From the human T2T-CHM13v2.0 reference genome, Homo sapiens, in NCBI RefSeq assembly GCF_009914755.1, contig NC_060925.1: a DNA stretch of 64,000 nucleotides. The stretch is one strand, 5' to 3'. A model generated the notes under the pieces. That model was not told the origin of the DNA, ran no database searches, and saw nothing but the letters and a program-made list of their open reading frames with translations. Below are positions 55,988 to 64,000 of the stretch, piece after piece (positions within the stretch are counted from its first letter, which is position 1; each line of letters opens with the position of its first letter). The position numbers and the translations under genes were made by a program.

Positions 55988-58900
55988 AAGAGCATGTCTT
56001 GTAGCATTCATCAAATTTTTCTCACACCTCTGCTGGTAAATCTGTCATTTAATTTTCCACTCAGGACTGCACTTTGCCATTATAGAAATGATCTCTGAGT
56101 GACTTTGAGCAATTCATCCCCTGGAGAACTTTTGTCTTTATTTATGAAATATGTGTAGAAACACAAACCTTTGAATGTTATGGCAAGAAATCATCAACTG
56201 ACAGACACTTCATCCTTTTAAGTGTTTTGGTTTACAAAGCTGACTGATGATACAGAATTTCAACAATTGTCAGCCATCTACTATAGGAATGGAAATCCAT
56301 TTCTTCACTATTATGGTTTCTTATTTTAATGGCCAAATTTCCTGGATTTGATCATTGTAACCAATTCAGCTTCATTTAGGAATATCGCATTCTTCATGCA
56401 GCACTTTTTATAGTGTCTATTTGTGTTTTCAATAGCAATACACATTTTGGAGTTTTAAGCAAAAAGAACCCTGAAATATCTTCCTTCGTTTCTGCTCCCT
56501 AGAGGATAACCTTTATGAGGCCAAGAATTTTGTTTAATTTCTTCATTGGTTTATCACAAATATTTGGCACATAGTAGGTGCTTAAGAATTATTTTATTGA
56601 ATAAATAAATTTATAAAAGTACATATGCCACTTTTAGGGGGAAATTAAATTATTTCAGCTATTAGCCTTTGGAGTTACAAGATTCTAGATTAGATTCCCA
56701 GCTCAGTTTACCAATTGTGTGACTTGGGTCAAATTCTTGGGGTCTTGGGAATGGGATTTCCTCATTTGAAAACTGGAGATGACATCTAATTTACAAGGTA
56801 GGTATGAGGAATGCCAGTGAAGACCTAGCCCATAGGAGGGCTCTGAAGTGTTAGCTTTTGCCCATCTGTGGATCTCAAAGCGCTTCTCAAATCTTAGTTA
56901 TATGGACTAGGCAGGTAAAGTATTATTCTCATTTTGCCCATGGGGGAAAATGAGAGAGGAAAGACAGACACAATTGGCCAAAGACTTTTTGGAAATCTAG
57001 CTATTTAGCTCCAGTTAACAGTTGGCTTTCCTCCTTCTCTAGGCTGGCTAGTGATGACTTGGAATTTAGCATACTCTTTAGGGGTTTGAGGGAGGTGATT
57101 ATGTAGAGCTTCTTTAACTGTTCCTTGTGTCTTTGTTGTAACTTTCAGTGGTGAGGAGGGAACCATGGGTTACCAGCCCGGGACTTGAGATTCTACCCAT
57201 CTGGTAGTGGGTGGGACCGTGGGGATTGAAAGAAATGATATGAGAGCAAATGACGACATGCTCGTTGACTTTAAAATGTTATTAATAGCCCGCTGCCTTG
57301 GTCACAGCAATTTCCATTGCAACTTTCCTCTGGAATTCCTTGGATTGGGAAATAGCAGCTTCAAAGTCTCCTTGCTTAAAGAAAACTGAGACTGACCTTT
57401 CGCTGACAGTGTGTTTAGGGGTTTGGAGTGGAGACTAAGCCAGTGACTCTGGATAAACATCTCCATATTGTGGTGTGAGCTTGTGTTGCCTTCCCTCTCC
57501 ATGCTGGAGGGGATTCTGGGCGTAGAGGAGGCTGGAAAGGGAGGATTTGCCCATATGTTTGCAAGGCAGACTTACAGGCCCCAGAGCAAAGCCCCAACCC
57601 CAGCAAAAGAGAAACACATATGTGTTGCATGTTAAACTCCTACTAGGATGGGGGTGGTGTGGGAGAGAGGAATGCAGAGGGACAGATAACAGAAACTTTG
57701 AATTGATATTTCCTAGGGAAGCTGGGTTTGTCTGTCTCCAGCATCATCCTTGCACTGGCAGCATGACTGCAGAGAAAGAGCAAACTGATGAGTCTTGGCA
57801 GAACATTTCCCATTACTCAGTTTTTGCAAAATATGGCTCTAGACACTTGTATGTGGTGGGAAACTCTCTCAGATATCACTTAGATGCCATTAATGCTCCA
57901 TTACTACATCTGTTTAAAAGGCTCCTGTTTTTAATTGTGACACATTTCAAACAAGATGCTTTAAGAACATATTGAATAAAAATGTTCCTAGTTATGAAGG
58001 ACTGGGGCAGTGAGGGTGACTTGATTCTTCCATCCTGTCATTACTCAGGTGGAATTGGCTACAGCTGACATTTCAAGAACAGAGTGGTGTACTAGTGGAA
58101 GAAACCAGGACCAGACAGGGTCCAGGGTGGGGAGATGTCAGTCGACCACATGGATTTGGGGAGGCCCACGCAGAGGATCCAGAAGAAAAGAGAAAGGCGC
58201 ACTAGTGTGAGATATAGACAGGCGTCCATATCAGCAGGGGTCTAATTGACAAATTAGGAGAGTCAGCCAAAGCCTTGACCATGAGGTTCTAGGCATTCAT
58301 TCCTCCACAGCAGAATCCCAGCCAACAAAGTGGGCTTTGAGCCCTGCCCAAAGCCCAGGGGTAGGCAGAGCTGGACTGTGGGCTCTGTGAGGCAGGGCCT
58401 GCTCTTATGTCTATGTCTGTATCTGGGTGCCAAGAGTAGTGCCTGATATGAACATGCATGCACCTAATGGTTAGTGGATGAACAAATGGAAGAAAACAAA
58501 GCAAAAGCCAAGCGAAGCTTTCCAGACTGAGTTAATCCTGAGCAGGGCAGGCAGGTCAGGGGTGGGTAGGTGTGCAGGCACTTAGGATAATGATAGCCCA
58601 TATATCTGAGGCAGCAGACTCGAATAGGTCCATATCCCACCAGTGAGCAGGCTGAGGTTGAAGGACTATATGCTGTCCATGTCACAACTGACTCACGAAC
58701 TGCAGAAGGCAAAGCTTTCCACTGCAGAAAGGCATTCATGACCTCATCCCAAAGGACTGGCAGAGGTTGACCTCTATAGGTGAGCTTTGGAGGTATCTCT
58801 CTGGAGGGTGTTTCGTTCCCTTATTTGACATCCTTCTTGGGGCTACAACTCTATCAATAAATACACAAACACTCAGGTCAAACACACAGCATTGTAGATT

Positions 58901-60079
58901 TAGAGAATTTGAAAGCTGGAAGGGGCTTTAAAGACCATTTAATCCAACCTCATTGTTATACAGACGAGGAAATTGGGACCAAAAGATAAATGACTTGTTG
59001 AACAGGGTCTAAGTGTTTTCTCTTTTATTCTATTTGTTTTTTCAGCTTTACATGGTTTTTGTTTCATGTCTTGCCCCTAATAGACTGTGAGTTCCTCCAA
59101 GGAAACTATTTTTGTAATATCATGATCTCAAATACACATGGCATAATTTTATGGACAAGGAGTCTAAAATACAGCTGTTGGCTGACTGATGGAATGAGTG
59201 AGCGCATACATAAAAGAGGACATTTTTTAAAGGGCAAGTGAGTCGTTTTGAAAGTCTGAAACCCCGCGTAATGAACAAGCTACTGAGAGCCCAGAGAGGT
59301 GCTCCTCCTCTCAGGCATGTTCAATCTTCAGGATTCAGAAATTGTTCTGAGTAGAAGTTGTATTTCAGGTAACACTGCCTCTGCTGCATGGCCTGGTAAT
59401 GGAAACTTAATGGAGATGGCCCTGGGGGGTTATTATTTCTCAAGACAAGAGGATTCAAGCCGGGACAGGAAGGGCCTTTCCATCTTAATTTACAGGGCCA
59501 TGCAGCAGAATAATCATGGGTCATTCTTTTAAAATGGGGCTTCCATGTTTCGAAAGGAAAATGGGAAAATGTAGCATGGTGGCCTAACTAGCTAATTGTG
59601 CTAAGCACAGTGGCTGGAAACCAAGAGTGTACATCATCGTCACCTGCAGAGTGCCTTAAAAGCACATGCCCAAGCCCTAAACATATTTTGGGGATGGGGA
59701 CTAAGCATATTAATTTTAAAAAACTTCTAAGGGGATTTTGATGTGTACACTGCTAAACTAACCAACTGCATTAGAAGAAGAAACCAAATAATCAGAGAGT
59801 AATCCTTTGGCATCTGTCTCCGGCAAAGTGATATTTCACCTGTAAGTTTCAATTTTGAATGGTTTCCACCCACTGTCACTCCTCACTCCTCACCAGCATC
59901 CAAATAGTCTTCCTCCACTTATTAAAACTGTTCTCCCAAAGGATCTGTTAAACGTATTCATACCACACTGTAGATAACTGACAAGGCTTAATACTTTCAT
60001 TTTAGGGTTAATTGCATTTTTTTCTTTGAAATAATATTAATATGACTGAAAATGCAGAGGTGACATCCATTGACTAGAG

Positions 60080-60235
60080 CAGGGTTTCTCAACCTCAGCC
60101 GGGCTGGTTAATTCTTTGTTGCAAGGGCTGTCCTGCTTTCTACCTACTAGATGCTAGTACCACCTTCCCAAGCTGTCTCCAGACACTTCCAAATATCTCC
60201 TGGAGGTCAAAATTGTCCCAACTAGAGAATCAGTT
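60080..60235 (+). mobile_element. MER20 (hAT-Charlie), internally deleted
   Basis: cagggtttctcaacctcagc...aattctttgttg...ctactagatgctagtacc...gtctccagacac...caaaattgtccc. Confidence 0.8.
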
Positions 60236-61087
60236 CAAAATTAATATGCTTGTAGAGTTAATTGAATTTTAACTATGGTCAAAAGACAGTGGTGACTCTA
60301 ATTATGGAATTTTAAGTCTGAATTAGTTCATGGTCAAACTGTTTGGAGAATTAGAGAAACTTTCCTGGTGTCCCCAAATCTAGGCATATAGAACACTCAC
60401 CTAGAAGTAAAAGTGGCTGTGAGGAAGTAAACATAACCCTGGTCAGAAGGGGCTCAGGGAAGCTGGAGGGCAGGCGAGGCAGATTCTAGAAGTCCAGTCA
60501 CTGAAGGGCTGCTCACTTTCTGGGGCTATCACAATACCCCAGAGTCCCAGGACACTGGGCAAAAGATAGCCTTGGCCCTACTACTCAGCCTTTCTGTAGA
60601 AACAGCCACAGTTCAGAAATAGTGTTGCTGTTTGCTATGAAAAAATAAAACCATAAAATAATAACTCTATGAAGGGTACAGTACCATCAGGCCAAAGAGG
60701 CCTCTGCCAGGAGACATTTCTGAAGTCTGAAGGTGTGCGTAGGGGTAGCATAAATGCCATGGTTAATTTTTAACTTCCCCATTGGTGAGTCCTGAATCAG
60801 AGGACAGTGTTTCTATGGTGTCAGGCGATATTCCTGTTCACGCTGAGGTGTCACCTGACAGGCACCAGGTGAGTAATGTACAGGGTGGTGGCACCATTGT
60901 AAGCCTCTGCCACATCTCTGAGGGCCCAGCTTTAATTACACCAGGATCCAGTGTTTGACATTTGTACTGGGTGACACTGTTCCTTCCTGCTACCTTTCCA
61001 TTGTTCCACCCTCTCTTAGTTGCAGCATTCTGGCAACTGTGGTTTCACATTACTAACTCATTGCCATGGTTTCCATTTGATGTGCGA

Positions 61088-61095
61088 TGACGTCA
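61088..61095. promoter_or_regulatory. Full palindromic CRE (TGACGTCA)
   Basis: Exact motif in non-repetitive DNA, immediately followed by E-box CAGCTG. Motif only. Confidence 0.4.
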
Positions 61096-61989
61096 CAGCT
61101 GATGAGGAATGGAGCTTCCTTTTCACTCTGATTACAGCCTGCTACACTTCTCTTTTCACACTCACTATAATACAGTGAATGCTCACAGTAATCAGCTCTC
61201 TTTCATATGGGTTCTGCCTTTCACTGAACATGATTTCCAGTTGATCATAGAACAGGCACTGAACAGAAATAAAAACTGGAGTGTGCAGGATCAGTGGTTG
61301 GCATCCAGGGGCAGGTTTGGTTCATTATCACGGGGACAACCTCAGGTATAGGCATTGAGGACAAATGGGGGGAAATTACAAATTCTATATTTTTTAATGT
61401 TTTTGATGTTTTGTTGTTAAACAAATACCAGATTTTAAAAACAAAGGGAAGTAAAAATACATCAAAAACTACTTATCATCGCACCACATAGAGATAACCA
61501 CTGTCAGCATCTTCACTCATTTCCTACACTTTATTCCATACATATGTGTAGCAGAGATGGGGAATTCCTTAATGAAGATTGGGTATGTGGACATCTCCTT
61601 ACACTCAGCCAGACATATATTTGTGTTTTGTTATCCATGTGCACAGAGACTTTGGCATTCTGGGTGAAGGAAGAAAGAAGAGAATATACATGGAAACCCA
61701 GGGGTAAGAGAAAAGGACAACAGAGAATGTGGCATGGGGAATGCTCTGCTGGGTCACATTGAATGGTTCTGAACCACTGTGGAAAAAAAGGAGTTAGAAA
61801 GAATCAGATGCCGAAGGAGCCAATTTTCACAATACTCCGAGACTCAGGGCAAAAGCAGCCTTGTTCTAGTAGCCTATGGGTAAAAGAAGACACAGAACTG
61901 AGGGGAGGACTTTTCCCCTGAGTCCACCACAAACCGCCATGGAGCTGAGGCAGCCTGAAGTCTCAGGGGCATGGGAGGGATTTGCCTTT

Positions 61990-62940
61990 TGGATTTCTCC
62001 AATGGGATGTCTTACAGGCACTTCATATTTAGCAGATCCAAAACTTAACTCAGATACTCCTCTTGCCATATCTGTTCCTCTTGCTGTGTTCCTGACCATG
62101 ATTATCACCATCACCTACCAGCTGTATAAGCCACACACCTGGGAGTCCTCCTAGCCTTTTTCCTCCTCCTCTCATCCTCCATATCCCATTGACCGTCAGG
62201 GCCTACTGAGTCTACACTCCAATTTTCTTTTAAATCTATCCCCACTGCCACTGTCCTAGTCTAAGGCAATACCATCTGGTCACCCAGATCATTCCATAGC
62301 TTCCTAGTAAGTAGACCAGCCTTCAGTCTGAGCCCTCCTCGGTCCTTCCTCCCCAGTGCTGCTGGAGTAATCCTTCTAACACAACAATGAAAGCAGGTCA
62401 CTGCGGCTCAAATGATGTCAGCGGCTTTATCATCCATGTTGCCTGGCTTTTCACAGGCATGTCTTGCAGTGCAGCCTTATAACTCTCTCAACACAACTCT
62501 GTATCCTCCTCATTCTTCATGCTTTTATAATGTCAAGCCATGTGACACTCCCTAAATATACCATGTTTTCTCTTTTTCCTCCTCCCCCTCTCTCATTTGC
62601 AGCTTCCCATACTTATCTTCCTAAACACTACTCTTTTTGAAATGTTTATTTCAAGCGTTTCTTATCTTTTAAACCATCTCAGACTCCCCTGGGGATTACC
62701 CCTTTTCCTATGTTTTTATTGTAGCATCCTCACAAATTCACTTTAGTTCCTTCGCATTCTGGTGTCGCTATATATTAGTGGGACTATGTCCCCATTAACC
62801 TGTTAGATCTCTTGAGAAAAGGGACATGTCTTTTCATCTTGAGTTCCCCAATACTTAGTATTGTGCTTAGCATATGCTAGGTGCTCAGTAAATATTTGAT
62901 ATGTGTGTGAACGAATGAATCAATCAATCAATAACAAATG
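61990..62940 (+). mobile_element. L2 LINE 3' region
   Basis: 'ggatgtcttacaggcacttcatatttagca...ccaaaacttaactc' through a 3' end 'atgctaggtgctcagtaaatatttg...gaatgaat'. Confidence 0.7.
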
Positions 62941-63195
62941 ACAGACAAACTCCAACCCCCAAACCTAAAAAAAAAAAATCCAAACTTTCCCCTTGCTCTT
63001 AGTGTAGATACTGCTCATCAACATAAGGCAAATTCTTCCTGCGCGTCTCAATACAGAGGAGGCGAGAACTCACAGAATCACAGAATTAGAGCACTGGCTT
63101 TGGCATGAGAACACCCTGAGTTAAAATCTGGCTTCTGCTATTTATTAGCCACATGACAGTGAATCTCCTTGAGCTTCTGTTTTGTACAAACTTAA

Positions 63196-63586
<391 letters not shown>

Positions 63587-64000
63587 TATTACTACATACT
63601 TAATAGGGTTGTTACGAGGATGGAATGATGTATTTTAGGTGAAGTATTTAGCATAATACCTCGCACATAGGAATTACCCAATAAATGACAATTGTTGTCA
63701 TTTCTTTTGTTTTTAGGTTTTATTTCACTATTGTGTCATCCACTCACTGGAAACTTCTTAGTGTCAAACACCCTTTTAAGAGTCTGTACACATATATACA
63801 AATTTTACAAACAATTGCAAGAGTTTTACACAACTCCCAAAGCAATTTCATGGAATCCATGTTGATAATCTTCACACTAGGAAGTAGAAGAGGAAAGGAA
63901 GACATATCATTCAAACTGTATTTTGCTTTTTGGAAAAAAAATCTGAAATATAATTATAAATTGTAAATCACTAGGTGAAAGATCACAGATGCATCTGAAT

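Larger units (their letters stand above)
54501..56036. repeat. Long inverted repeat: left arm 54501-54693, loop 54694-54756, right arm 54757-54919 plus 55988-56036 (split by L1PA)
   Basis: Manual reverse-complement alignment gives about 22 differences over ~195 bp. Ends ccagcagaggtgtgagaaaaattt / aaatttttctcacacctctgctgg are exact complements. Confidence 0.93.

Overview
Hominid (very probably human) nuclear DNA: it contains a full-length SVA, AluY/AluS copies, LTR12C and MER11. I see no intact protein-coding gene; the listed ORFs are chance frames or translations of Alu, SVA, MER52, LTR12 and L1 sequence. Roughly half of the window is recognisable transposon relics, often nested and often with readable target-site duplications (TSDs). 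There are two processed pseudogenes: a 5'-truncated RPL7A copy (~21.8-22.3 kb) and an essentially full-length PRELID3B/SLMO2 copy (~41.2-45.0 kb) carrying four Alus. Three structures are not explained by ordinary repeat annotation. (1) A ~195-bp-arm fold-back palindrome at 54501-56036, with a perfect NRF2/NF-E2 ARE in its loop and one arm split by an L1PA. (2) A ~75-bp templated insertion copied from ~500 bp downstream into an L1MA (52481-52556). (3) An apparent Alu-insertion-associated deletion junction next to the SVA (40991-41198). I found no evidence of a novel multi-gene system. Repeat subfamily names come from recalled consensus sequences, not a database run, and the locus was not identified.
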